Both the position numbers and the translations under genes were made by a program. The notes under the pieces were generated by a model. It was not told the DNA's origin. It saw only the letters and a program-made list of their open reading frames with translations, and ran no database searches. Positions 49,467-62,681 of a stretch of 64,000 bases of DNA are shown here, piece by piece; position 1 is the first letter of the stretch, and the number at the start of each line of letters is the position of its first letter. Location of the stretch: NCBI RefSeq assembly GCF_001194135.2, contig NC_068985.1, positions 18,671,166 through 18,735,165 of the forward strand, in the 5' to 3' direction. The DNA comes from Octopus bimaculoides (taxonomy: Eukaryota).

Positions 49467-50352
49467 CTATTGGAGAGATAATGAATTAATTATTGTGATG
49501 ATAATTAAATAACATGTTTTAAGAAGACATTTAGAAAATGTAAAACTGATGTTTAGCAAAACACAAGTTATTTTGAAAATTTTCAAATTCTTTATGATAG
49601 AGATTCCATATTAAGATAAGTGGAATAGTTCTATAAATCTTTTCGATTTATTGGGGCAGTTTTGTAGCTTAATACCTGTTCCTAGTATCAATCACTTTCA
49701 GGAGGATATTTGAAGTATACAAATGTATATACCAAGCCAATCTTTTGCCACCCACTTCAACACCACAAGTCATTCCATCACTCACTTATCAGTGTGCAAA
49801 ATCTCTACACACCACAGGTTCATGATCTCAAGGAAATGGAGGGAACAACACTTCATATCTGAACTCAGTCACCAACAGATTTAAATAAATATATTTCCTT
49901 GTACTTTTACACCCTTTTGTAGTTCATTAAACCTTTTCTTATCCTTCAACTTCCCTATCACCTTATTTTTTCCCTTCGTCTCACTCCCAACTTTGCCTGT
50001 TCCTCCTCATCATTCCATTCCTCTTACCATTTATCCCCTCTCACCCTGTTTCTCTCTACTATCATTTCCTGTTCACATATGAAACTCTCACAGTCCTGTG
50101 TTCCTCATCACTTGCAGCCAATTCTTTTTTCTAACTTAGAGGATGTAAAACTCTGCTGTCTCTTATTAATTTCTTTCCTACCAACGACTCTGACTGAAAC
50201 ACTGGATTTTTCTCTCCCTACGACAAGTTCACCAAACTTGGGGGGGGGGGATTTTACTAAATAATACAAGTCTAGCTGATGCAAATCAACACCAATGTCT
50301 CTGGATTCTGTTTTACCATGTATATACATATACAATCATACATACGTACACA

Positions 50353-50389
<37 letters not shown>

Positions 50390-50827
50390 AGAGATCACAA
50401 TGGAGACCAGGAACATGTCTGGTTGGAGTGATATTACTACTACCTCTTCTAGGAAGATGAATCTACACTTCAGGTATACTAGTTTATTATTTGTACAATT
50501 GTTTTATTGTGTTATGAACACTTATACTAAAATCTTTGATACTTTCAAATGAAGTTGCTCAAAGAATTTAACTTCTTTATAATTGACTTTTACATAAATT
50601 AATAAAAGTGTATTTCTTGGATAAAGGACAATTGTTCAAGGAAGGTGGAACAGTGTATCCGACAAAATTTGAATCCAAGAAAGACTTACTATTTTTCAGA
50701 ACTCAGAGGAATAAAAGTGAAAATTGACCTCAGTGAGATTATAGCTCAGAACTGGAATGAACAAAATTAGAGACTGTAATCCACTTAGTTGAACTGATCC
50801 ACCTTCAGATTTTAACTACACTAAATA

Positions 50828-51337
50828 CAGGGTGTCCCAGAATTAACTATTCATTTCAATGAAATTGGAGAAATTTTTAAAAAGCTGACAGAATTTTATG
50901 TTTATTACCTATGATACCAAAACAAATAGATTTATAAATCTTACACGAAAACTTTATTGAAAATTTTCAACATGTATTCTGTCTGTATCCTTAGCATTGC
51001 GAAACACATTTTGAAGCATTTCAGGAGCTACCTCCTGCACTGCAAACTGAATGTGTTCTTCAAGTTCAGCTAAACTACTGCCTTATCCTGGGGTATCCAG
51101 GGGATGGAGGTAGAGAAAATGATTGCAACCAAATTGAAAAAAGCTGTCTTGGCCAGATAAGCAGGATCCAACATAAATGAAAATAAAATTATAAAAGAAA
51201 ATTATAAAAACTATAAAGAAAATTAAAAATTAAAACACTTTTAACACATATTAAACATGATAAACATATATAAAAGTGAGTTTTTAGAAAAACTGTCTGA
51301 TGCCACTAAAATAAATAGTTAATTCTGGGACACCCTG
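50828..51337 (-). mobile_element. Non-autonomous Tc1/mariner element (CAGGGTG termini)
   Basis: Perfect 24-bp TIR CAGGGTGTCCCAGAATTAACTATT and TA TSD. Internal remnant SLAELEEHIQFAVQEVAPEMLQNVF..HVENFQ*. Confidence 0.9.
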
Positions 51338-51636
51338 TACAACACTATAATCTATTTTTCATGTTTGACATGGATCTAACTGAAGATGTAANNNNNNNNN
51401 NNNNNNNNNNNNNNNNNNNNNNNNNNNNNNNNNNNNNNNNNNNNNNNNNNNNNNNNNNNNNNNNNNNNNNNNNNNNNNNNNNNNNNNNNNNNNNNNNNNN
51501 NNNNNNNNNNNNNNNNNNNNNNNNNNNNNNNNNNNNNNNNNNNNNNNNNNNNNNNNNNNNNNNNNNNNNNNNNNNNNNNNNNNNNNNNNNNNNNNNNNNN
51601 NNNNNNNNNNNNNNNNNNNNNNNNNNNNNNNNNNNN

Positions 51637-51708
<72 letters not shown>

Positions 51709-52286
51709 TGTGTGAGTTAAGTTAGAGGTTATAACAACCATCTAAGGGATACTTGCATCCAATGAATCCACTGGCGTATTACCTATATTTAATCATGAGC
51801 ATTGGTGTTAATGCTCATAATAAATGACAAAAATAAACTAAAGTTTATCAATATTCAAGGAAAGCAGAAAATGGAGATACAATTGATAAATAACAATTGA
51901 TTTACATCAATTATCATTTATACAATTCTAACATGCACTGATATAAGTGACGCATGGCCCCTTACAGCATATATCCATTGTTTACCTTTTTACTCCAGTG
52001 ATTAACAGTTTCTTAATGGCCAGCCTTTTGTTTATGAAAATTAACTGACCAATAGTATCCTCTTACTGTCCAGACCAGTCCTACTCCTGACCTGGGGTTG
52101 CTTCAGGTATACTGCCTACTTATAATAATAAGTAAAATACATACGAAATCAATAGATAATTATAGTCAACTGTTAATATTTAGTTCTATAACTACCGTTT
52201 TTTTAAAAATTATATTTCTTACTTTTTATTTTATTTTTTGACTTAACCAAATTGCTCATATAGTTATTATATATTTAACCCACACC

Positions 52287-52504
52287 AAGGCAGTGAGCTG
52301 GCAAAAATGTTAACACGCCGGGCGAACCGCTTAGCAGTATTTCGTCTGTCTCAACATTCTGAGTTCAAATTCTGCCAAGGTCGATTTTGCCTTTCATCCT
52401 TTCAGGGTCAATAGATTAAGTACCAGTTGCATACTGGAGTAAATCTAATTGAGTGCCCCCCCCCCAAAAAAAAATTACAAGCCTTGTGCCTAGAATAAAA
52501 AAGA
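52287..52504 (+). mobile_element. SINE family A with 16-bp TSD
   Basis: TSD ATATTTAACCCACACC (52271-52286, 52505-52520). Confidence 0.9.
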
Positions 52505-52745
52505 ATATTTAACCCACACCTCCTCCCCTCCATATATAGGAATGTACCACTAAATATTATAACTACCCCAATTCTATTTCTAGATTCTAGTCAGTCGAAT
52601 AATTCCCAGTGGGTCAGCATGTAGCATGAATTGATTACCACCGTTTTCACTTCTTTTTCTTTTTACTTTTATTTTTTTTTTACTTTTCTGCTCTGATGAA
52701 GTTCCGTGATTCAAATTGGTATAATTAATTACTTACAATGACAAC

Positions 52746-52797
<52 letters not shown>

Positions 52798-53098
52798 GTG
52801 GTGGTTAAACCTGGGAATCGCACTAAAGGAAACAGCTGTAATTTGAGATTCTGTCTTTTTGTAATTAATTAATAANNNNNNNNNNNNNNNNNNNNNNNNN
52901 NNNNNNNNNNNNNNNNNNNNNNNNNNNNNNNNNNNNNNNNNNNNNNNNNNNNNNNNNNNNNNNNNNNNNNNNNNNNNNNNNNNNNNNNNNNNNNNNNNNN
53001 NNNNNNNNNNNNNNNNNNNNNNNNNNNNNNNNNNNNNNNNNNNNNNNNNNNNNNNNNNNNNNNNNNNNNNNNNNNNNNNNNNNNNNNNNNNNNNNNNN

Positions 53099-54919
53099 TT
53101 TATTTTAATGATGTTTCCAGTTACTCTGATGAGTTTTGAGCTTTTTGATAGCTGAAACTCTGTGGTATATAGCAACATTTTTTTCTTACAAGTATACAAA
53201 ATAAAAATAAAAATGGGAAATAAAAGACAGAAGAAAAAAAAAGAATATAAAAAGTAATATAAAAAATAAAATAATAAAAGAATACAAAAAGTAAATACAG
53301 TAGGATGTGTGAAAAAAGAAGAAAGGAAAAAGGAAGGAAAGGAAGAAAAAAAGGTGGCATGTAAGAAGACAAAAAGAAGTTGAAAATGGTAGTGAGACTA
53401 TCAGGAATAAAGAAATAGAATATTTTTAGGAGTGGTCAAAAAAAGTTGTTGAGTTCTTGACAAAAGATGACCTTAGTGAATTTTTTGATTTGAGGTCATT
53501 TCATTTTTCAGTTAGTATGGTGTACCTGTATTTAGTCACAAACACACACACATCCACATACATCCACAAATCTACACATCCACACGCACACATCTGCATC
53601 TATGTACACACATACGTTCGCAAATAAACCCACACATACACACATATTCACATACATACAGATGTCTCCATGTGCATGCATATACATAAATATTCATACG
53701 TACACACACATATTTTTTTTCTAATGCATATACGTGTGGAAATATCTATAGATTGTATATATGTATATACATGTGTGTGCATGTATGTATCTATATTTAC
53801 ATAAAAATATAAGGATATAAATTTGTATGGATGTACACCCTCTTATGTGTGAACACATATGCATGTGTACACACGTATGTGTGTATATATATATATATAC
53901 CAGTGGCACATAAAAAGCACCATCTGAATGTGGCCTATGCCAGTACCCCTTGACTGGCTCCCATGCCAGTGGAATGTAAAAAGCACTATCTGAAGAACGT
54001 GATGGATGTCAGGACTGGTTCCTGTGCCTGTGGCAAAAAGCACCCATTACACTCTGGGTGTGGATGGCATTAGGAAGAGCATCCAACTGTAGAAACATTG
54101 TCAGATCAGATTGACACCTGGTGCAGCCAATAGCTCTCCAGACCTCAGTCAAACCGCCCAACCCATGCCAGCATTGCAAACAGATATTAAATGGTGATGA
54201 TGATGATGATGATGTGTGTGTGTATATATATGTATGTGTGAGTGTATGTAAATGTATATATGTGTGTGTGTGTGTGTGTGTACATATATGTGTGTATGGG
54301 CGTGTATGAAAAATATATGTATATAAAAGAATTATGCGTGTGGGTGTATGTGTGAATGCATGTGTGTAAATATGTTTATGTAGATGCAGGTGTATAAGTG
54401 TGTGGGTGGGGGTGTATTTGTGTGTGTGGATGTATGCATCCACGCATGTGTAGATGTGCGTGTGTGTGCGTGTGTGTGTGTGTGTGTGTGACTAAGCAAG
54501 GGCATACCATACTAACTATGAAAAATGAATAAAATGACCTAAAATAAAAATATTCACATAGATCATCTTTTGACAAGAACTCAACAACCATTTTCAACTA
54601 CTTTTTGTCTTCTTACACTCCACCTTTTTCTCCTCCTTCCTTTCCTATTCTTGTTCTTTTCTTCTTTTTTCACACATGCTGTTGTATTTACTTTTTGTAT
54701 TCTTTTATCATTTTTTATTTTATTTTTTATATTAGTTTTTATATTCTCTATTTTTTTCTATCTTTTATTTCATATTTGTATTTATTTGCTTGTATACTTG
54801 TAAGAAAAAATCTGCTGCTACATAAACAATCTTATAGACCACAAAATTTCAGTTTGAAAACAGCTATCGAAAAGCTCAAAACTCAGAATAACTGGAAACA
54901 TGATCATTAAAATAAAAAT
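53099..54919. repeat. Large inverted duplication (arms of about 550-580 bp)
   Basis: 53099-53650 aligns by eye with the reverse complement of about 54340-54919. The spacer holds microsatellites and an RTE tail (53900-54215). Confidence 0.85.
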
Positions 54920-55969
54920 TAGCCCCCAAAAGCCATCTCTACTCATTTTTTCAAATATATATATATGTATATATATATATACATACACACACAACAGGCT
55001 TCTTTCAGTTTCCGTCTACCAAATCCACTCACAAGGCTTTGGTTAGCCAAAGGCTATAGCAGAAGACACTCGCCCAAGGAGCCATGCAGTGGGACTGAGC
55101 CCAGAACCATGGGTTGGGACGCAAGCTTCTTACCACACAGCCATGCTTGCGCCTATATACTTAAAAGTTAATTTTACCAATATGGTGGTATTTATACACT
55201 AGCCACTAATATAATCATTTTAATGATTATATCCTTAATTTATACATATATATATGAAACTTGGACATATGGTGATGATATATATTCTTAATTCAGTACT
55301 AATACACTAATAAGAGGCATGCTAATTCATAGGAAAGCAATTGTGTTTCTATAATTCATTCTAGTTAAATTCTGGAATATACCTTGTAATTTAGACATAG
55401 GATATGGCACTATCATATCTAATTATTTGCCTGTTTAATGATCATTAACAATAAGATTTAGCTACCAATTTTTACTTCCTGTGTGTGTGTGTGTGCGTGT
55501 GCGCGTGCGTGCATGCATGTGTGTGTGTTATTCATCCTTAATACATTTTGTTGGCTACACAAATGTTCATAGTTTTCAGTTCAGTTTTGATCCTTTGAAC
55601 CATCTCCAATTGAGAGACAAGTCTTTCATGCTTTATCTCTAAGCTCTCTCTTCTATCCAGGCTATATTCCAACTTCTTTCTGAAAGATGATGTCTGTTCC
55701 AATGTAAGATTCCATTCTCTCTCTCTCTCCACTGAACATCAGCAACAAAGACTTCTATTTACTCTGCTACAAACACTCTCTTCCCCTTTACTNNNNNNNN
55801 NNNNNNNNNNNNNNNNNNNNNNNNNNNNNNNNNNNNNNNNNNNNNNNNNNNNNNNNNNNNNNNNNNNNNNNNNNNNNNNNNNNNNNNNNNNNNNNNNNNN
55901 NNNNNNNNNNNNNNNNNNNNNNNNNNNNNNNNNNNNNNNNNNNNNNNTTTTGAATTCCCCCAAATCACC

Positions 55970-56560
55970 AGATGTTTGCCAGTCTCTCACCCTACATTGA
56001 GGACAACTACTTCAACCATCACTGAAGTCATTATCCAAAATGACTTCAATTTCATTGGATATAATTCCTCTAACACCACTGGTGCAGATATTAAATTGTC
56101 TATTTTTCTGAATTGTCTACACCAGTTAATATTCTTCCTTACCCATTTGACTGTCACACCTACTCTCCAAACATACTAATGAAGCTAGTTTGCCTTACAT
56201 ACTCTTACTGTTCAACAATTCTGCCTAAATTGTTGAAGCTCTGCTAGTTCTATGCATTGGCAGTTAATGTCCTTTACCCTAGATCAGTGTGAAACAGCTA
56301 AAGAAGCCATATTTCTAGGCATGTTTGTCCACAATTTTCATTCAACCAAACCTAACCCATCCTGATGGTTCACCTGTATAACTGCTTTGCAGTTTGCAGA
56401 AGTGAACATTGCTGCTGAGAATAGCTGGAGGTGTTTGTCCACTACAGCAATGCCTGCAAGATGACCATCCAGAGAGCAATGATTGCTTTTGTTCATGCTA
56501 ACTTTTACCCAGGCCTTCACATCAGTTGCCATAAGGGTCTCTACGTGCTTCATAAAATCC
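55970..56560 (+). mobile_element. Degraded CR1/L2-group LINE endonuclease-to-RT linker remnant
   Basis: EVIIQNDFN (cf. ILGDFN), LHQL, then KEAIFLGM..TKPNPS*WF (cf. PWF). Heavily degraded. Confidence 0.45.
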
Positions 56561-56700
56561 TTCTACTTACTATTCCTTAATCCAGATGGCGCTGTAAAAA
56601 GCACTCCTACAAATAAAGTATTTACTGCCTGAATTGCTTAAAGTTAGACACTGCATATATATATATACAACAGAACTGCGTTCATGCATGCGTGTGTATA

Positions 56701-57239
56701 CAGGGTGCCCATAAAGTCATGGTGCAATACTACAAAATTACTTCATTCCTAAGCTTGACCAATCAGAGCTGATAGAGAATACAGTTTTTCAATAAGACGG
56801 TGTACCTTGTCACCTTGCTCTGCAAGTTAGGCAGTTTCTAAATGAGAAATTACCTAACAGATGAATTGGAAGATGTGAACCATTATTCTGGACTCCGTGT
56901 TCACCAGATTTGACTCCATTGGATTTCTTTTTTATGGGGACATGTGAAAATTATTGTTTATTCAATTAAGCCTCGATCTGTAGTAGACTTGGAAGCAAGG
57001 ATAATTGATGTGATTGAAGGTGTTACTGAAAAGCAGCTGGAAAATGTTTTCCAAGAACTACAGAATTATATTTCTCAATTTGTATTAGTAATGATGGTGG
57101 ACATGTTGAAAATTAACAAGATGAATAAAAAAAACTTAGATCATTCTTCTTTCTTATCGTTTTTATGGATTAATTCTGTTGTGTATTGTTATGAAGATAC
57201 AAGTATTTTCAATTGTACCATGACTTTATGGACACTGTG
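56701..57239 (+). mobile_element. Non-autonomous Tc1/mariner element with transposase C-terminus
   Basis: TIR of 26-28 bp with 4 mismatches. Reads PCSPDLTPLDFF-WGHVKIIVYSIKPRSVVDLEARI..CISNDGGHVEN*. Confidence 0.85.
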
Positions 57240-57289
57240 TGTGTGTGTGTGTCAGTGTGTGTGTGTGTGTGTGCGCGTGTGCATGTGTA

Positions 57290-58117
57290 CATGAAACATA
57301 GGCTGTGACAGCCAAATACATGCGTAGGCTTGAAAGAAATGAAACCAATATGCTTCACTGGATGTGCAATGTCAGTGTATGTGTACAACAGTGTAAGTAT
57401 CTTGAGAGAAAAGTTGGGCATAAAAGGCATCAGATGTGGTGTGCAAGAGACATGACTGTGCTGCTATGGTCATGTGATGCATATGGATGAGGATAGCTGT
57501 GTAAAGAAGTGCTGATCTCTAACTGTGGGGGAAACCTGTGGTAGAAGTAGAACCAGGAAGTAATGGGACGAGGTGGTGAAGCATGATCTTCAAACTTTGG
57601 GCCTCATGGAGGCAATGACTAGTGACTGAGACCTTTGACTATATGCTGTGCTTAAGAAGACCTGTCAAGCCAAGTGAAATCATAATAGTTGCCGATGATG
57701 GTGTCACATAACTGGCATCCATCCCAGTGGCACATCAAAAACACCTTTTAAATGTTGGGCCTCACGGAGGCAAGGTGGCCAATGCTGGTGGCACATGAAA
57801 AGCACCTTTTATGTGCTGGGCCACATGGAGGCAATAATGAATGACAGAGACCTTTGGCATTATGCCATGCTTGAGAAGACCTATCAAACCAAGTAAAATC
57901 CTAGTCAAAGAAGATACTGGTGTCACACAAATGGCACCTATGCTGATGGCACGTAAAAGCATCCATTACACTCTCGGAGTGGCTGGTGTTAGGAAGGGCA
58001 TCCAGCCATAGAAACCAGGCCAAATCAGACTGGTGCAGGCTTCCAGCTTGCCAGCCCTGGTCAAACTGTGCAACCCATGCCAGGATGGACAACGGATATT
58101 AAATGATGATGATGATG
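57290..58117 (+). mobile_element. Older-subfamily RTE LINE 3' part
   Basis: AKYMRRLERNETNMLHWMCNVS..EDSCVKKC..EVVKHDL with frameshifts, a long modular 3' UTR and (GAT)n. Confidence 0.85.
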
Positions 58118-58134
58118 TGTGTGTGTGTGTGTGT

Positions 58135-58167
<33 letters not shown>

Positions 58168-58336
58168 CTGATATGGGTTTAGTTGTGATGGCTAAAACAG
58201 ACTGATTGACTATACATGTACATATACTCTTATAATGTCATTGTCTGCAACAATGGCAAGAGGGCAAAGTTATACTTCCATAAATATTATTACATAAAAG
58301 CAATGCACATTACCATAATGGTAATATATATTGTTA

Positions 58337-59150
58337 TCATTCATCATCATCATCATCATCGTTTAACGTCCGCTTTCCATGCTAGCATGGGTTGGACGAT
58401 TTGACTGAGGACTGGTGAAACCGGATGGCAACACCAGACTCCAGTCTAATTTGGCAGAGTTTCTACAGCTGGATGCCCTTCCTAACGCCAACCACTCAGA
58501 GAGTGTAGTGGGTGCTTTTACGTGTCACCCACACGAAAACGGCCACGCTCNNNNNNNNNNNNNNNNNNNNNNNNNNNNNNNNNNNNNNNNNNNNNNNNNN
58601 NNNNNNNNNNNNNNNNNNNNNNNNNNNNNNNNNNNNNNNNNNNNNNNNNNNNNNNNNNNNNNNNNNNNNNNNNNNNNNNNNNNNNNNNNNNNNNNNNNNN
58701 NNNNNNNNNNNNNNNNNNNNNNNNNNNNNNNNNNNNNNNNNNNNNNNNNNNNNNNNNNNNNNNNNNNNNNNNNNNNNNTGGCAACGGCCACGCTCAAAAT
58801 GGTGCATCTCATGTGCCACCCGCACAAGAACCAGTCCAGGGGCACTGGCAACGATCTTACTTGGCTTGCCGGGTCTTCTCACGCACAGCACATTTCCAAA
58901 GGTCTCGGTCAGTAGTCATCGCCTCGGTGAGGCCCAATGTACGAAGGTCTTGCCTCACCACCTCAGCCCAGGTCTTCCTGGGCCTACCTCTTCCACGGGT
59001 TCCCTCAACTGTTAGGGTGTGGCACTTTTTCACGCAGCTATCCTCCTCCATTCTCACCACATGTCCATACCAGCGCAATCGTCTCTCTTGCACGCCACAA
59101 CTGATGCTTCTAATGTTCAGCTTTTCTCTCAAGAGTTCAGCTTTTCTCTC
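58337..59150 (-). mobile_element. 5'-truncated young RTE LINE with probable 7-bp TSD
   Basis: REKLNIRSISCGVQERRLRWYGHVVRM..REKTRQAK*, with ATTGTTA at 58330-58336 and 59151-59157. Confidence 0.9.
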
Positions 59151-59793
59151 ATTGTTAGTAATAAATATTAATGGAATTCATTTTAATGAAGGATAGATAT
59201 AGAGAGACTTTTATGACATAAAAATGTGCTAACTGACCAAAAAAAATGCCAAGAATAAGAAATACATAATATGGCAGCAAAGAACAAAATGGATTTTATA
59301 AAACAACAATAAAGATATTGGAATATGTAAGACTAAATCTACAAAACTTAAAGTAATTATAAACTGATTACAATAAGTTTATAGACCATAAAGCTGTTTA
59401 TTTAAATTTCCAATAACATGCTTAATTTGAGCTTTTCAAACTCAAAATATTGATGAAGATAGGAAGGATAAATAATTCAGGTTGATTATAAACATGATTA
59501 TAGAAGACAAGAGTTTAAGATCATGCAAAAAAATAGTGCAATTTATAAGTGAATTAGCGAGAAAACAAAGGATTTTAGAGAAAAAGGTGGACACAGATTT
59601 CACAAATGTGAAACAAAAAATGCTTTGAAAGGGTTTCATTTGAAAACAAAGTCAGATTTATTAGTTAAAGAAAGTTAGGGGAAAAAATAAGGGAGGTAAT
59701 CATGCAGTTTAAATATTAAAATAATTGAGTTGTCATATATTTGATCTTTCACAATTTTCTACACATTTTATTGGCTCCTCCAATCAATGCAAT

Positions 59794-59955
59794 GATGATG
59801 GTGATGGTGATGGTGGTGGTGGTGGTGGTGATGATGATGGTGATGATGATGGTGATGATGATGATGATGATGATGGTGATGATGATGGTGGTGATGATGG
59901 TGATGATGGTGATGATGATGGTGGTGGTGATGATGATGATGATGATGGTGATGAT
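59794..59955. repeat. Compound (GAT/GGT)n trinucleotide repeat
   Basis: Directly visible. Confidence 0.95.
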
Positions 59956-60042
59956 GCCAAACTTATTTCAAAGCAAATATCTATGAATTACTCAAGTAAT
60001 TTATACATACAAAAATTATATATATATATATATATGTACATG

Positions 60043-60890
60043 CGAGGGGGTGCCCAAAAGAAACCGGAATTTTGCAATGTTATTTTATTTACTTAGTTTT
60101 TGCATGTTTACACTTTTATTGCCTTCAAAGTATTCTCCATTTGAAGCAATGCATTGGTCCAGATATGTTTTCCACTGTTCAAAGCAAATGCCTCTGTGCT
60201 CTATAGCACCAGCTTTCATCACCAGTGTTGACCTCTGAAAATGGGTGCAGATCAACTTTCAACTGTTCTTTCAGTTCACAACATGCATTCAGTCGTGACT
60301 TCTTTTGATCTTCTGTGAGCAAGCGAGGCACAAATTTTACTGCAACTCTTTTCGTTCACAATTCCTCGCTCAAAATACGTCAGCAGGAGCTCCAGAACAC
60401 ACCCGTCATATCAACAAGTTCATCAGTTGTTCAATGTAGGATCCGCCAAGATCGGTTCATGAATTTTCATGATGTTTTCATTCATTCAGGAGGACGATGG
60501 ACACCATGAACGAAGTTAGACTTCAAGGGAAGAGTAATCATCCTTAAAGCATGAAAACTACTTGTAAACTTGTGTTTTGCTCATGGCAGCATCCTTGTAA
60601 GCTGTTTGAAGTATAACAACTGTTTTGGTCATTGTTTTCTCCAGCAGAAAACAGAATTTCATGGAAGCATGCAGCTCCCTTGCTTCAGCCATCACAAACA
60701 TCACAAAGTGGGAAGAAGCACTGCAAAACAAAGACGCACCACATGGCAGTATGACCTCACATGCTGCCACCAGCTGGCAGACCGATGCCTGAGGGTTGCA
60801 TCAAGTGGCTTCTATTGGTGGAAGGAAGACCGAACTACAACAGGCTTGTCCCACAAAGAATGTTTCTGGTTACTTTTGAGCGCCCCGTCA
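60043..60890 (-). mobile_element. mariner deletion derivative
   Basis: Imperfect TIRs of about 28 bp. Reads MAEARELHASMKFCFLL..KFVPRLLTEDQKKSRL..TGDESWCY, then jumps to QCIASNGEYFEG, so the catalytic core is deleted. Confidence 0.88.
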
Positions 60891-61101
60891 TATATACATA
60901 AATATATTCTGCACATAACGATTGTGCGTCAAAATAAATATATGAAGCAGGGAAAAAAGAAAACAATCTTTTCCTTCTATCATCACCACCTATGTTAGCC
61001 TAAACTCAGACCATCTATAAAATTGATCAATTCACTAAGGTAATGAAATAAACTAGCATGTTTGTTACTTCAGCTATCTACTCTCAAGGGAAAAGCAGTC
61101 T

Positions 61102-61106
<5 letters not shown>

Positions 61107-61132
<26 letters not shown>

Positions 61133-61301
61133 CTAAATGTGTGTGTGCATATATATATATATAAGTCTTTGAATATAAATAGGTATCCCTCCAGTAGTAT
61201 ATTGGATATTTATAATCCCATAGATGGTTGTCTAATCTCTAACTCCTGTATACTTATGTGTATTATATATATATATATATATATATACATACACACACAC
61301 A

Positions 61302-61351
<50 letters not shown>

Positions 61352-61489
61352 CATGTATATACATATGTATATATACATATATATGTGTGTATGTATGTAT
61401 AAATTTGTGTGTATATATATATATATATGTATGTGTGTATATATATATATATATATGTATATCATCATCATCATCATGTATATAAGTGC

Positions 61490-61534
<45 letters not shown>

Positions 61535-61728
61535 CAATGTGCTTCTTTCAGTTTCCATCTACCAGATGCACTCACAAGGCTTTGGTTGGCCTGAGGCTAT
61601 AGAAGAAGACACTTGCCCAAGATACTGCACAGTGGGACTGAACCAAGGACCATGCGGTTGGGAAGCAAGCTTCTTAGCACACAGCCGTGCCTCTGCGTGT
61701 GGTGTGTATGTGTGTGTGAATGTGTGTT

Positions 61729-61762
<34 letters not shown>

Positions 61763-61775
61763 TGTATGTATGTGC
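61107..61775. repeat. Compound (TA)n/(TG)n/(TATG)n microsatellite field with an embedded SINE
   Basis: Directly visible. Many other (TA)n, (CA)n and (ATT)n runs border the N gaps. Confidence 0.95.
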
Positions 61776-62630
61776 ATGCCAGTCTTGTAGATTGTAGACT
61801 ATGAAGAGCACTTGTGCAGAAGGATGAAGAACAACTTCTGGAATAACTGTAAAGACCTGTAACTTTGCATGTAATTATGTATGTATGTCCTTATGATAAT
61901 GACTGCCAGAAAATGACTGGAAGAGCAGTGTTTCTGCTAAGATCCCTAATGAGGTCATAGGCTACCACTCCCTTATATTGGTAAACATGTAATAATTACT
62001 ATGGTGTATAAAAATAAATGCCAAATTAGTATGATTTGTTCATCTAAAAAAACTGTTCTACTTTCATCATTTTACTTGGTCCTTCCTATACAAGCTTCTG
62101 TTTCAATAATGATAACAAACATAATCTGAACAACCACCAAGATTATTCTGTATGCACTACATATTTATCAACCTTACGATTGTCATTTATCCTCAACATA
62201 ACCAGTAAATATTTATATATTTTTTTTTATTTTGTAGTATTTTTTGTGGTGGAGGTAGTGGTAGCAGTGGTGGTGGTGATGTGGGTGGTATTAAAATAGA
62301 ATGAGTGGAACTTTATAATTAATTTAATTACTGTGGATTTTGACATGTACACATATGAAAAACAGGAATTTTAATGAAGAGAATGGAGAAGAAAAACTGA
62401 AACTCTAATAATGATTCTGACACTAACTATTACAACAACCATAACAGTAAAATAGAAAACTGGAGGAGGATTCTGAATGCTGACTCATAAACTCACATTA
62501 AAACATTGAAAAATAATATCTTGAAATAAAAAAAAAACTTCAGTGACTTGAGACAAAAATAAAATGGGAAAGCAACGATATAAATGAGTGATTAGTTTCA
62601 ATGTAGAGAGTGTTTGTCAACATTACTTAC

Positions 62631-62681
62631 CACTGCTGAACAAAGCATTAAATGGCCAGCTGTGTCTAGTTTGTAGTTCCG
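62631..62681 (-). CDS. Possible small upstream exon (perhaps of the DENND2-like gene)
   Basis: aactttctag acceptor and G|gtaagt donor bracket 51 nt that are open in two frames (ELQTRHSWPFNALFSS or RNYKLDTAGHLMLCSAV). No recognisable homology. Confidence 0.2.

Noticed and set aside
53126-53172. CTGATGA..GAAAC..GTA hammerhead-like string
   Set aside because: No helix I, a poor helix II, and the homologous arm at about 54840-54895 lacks the core.
55538-55732. Upstream DENND2-like exon
   Set aside because: No convincing donor or DENND2 motif; the LEY..LEMVQR pattern could equally be a LINE remnant.
59725-60096. Gly/Asp-rich protein ORF
   Set aside because: It is a translation of a (GAT/GGT)n microsatellite.
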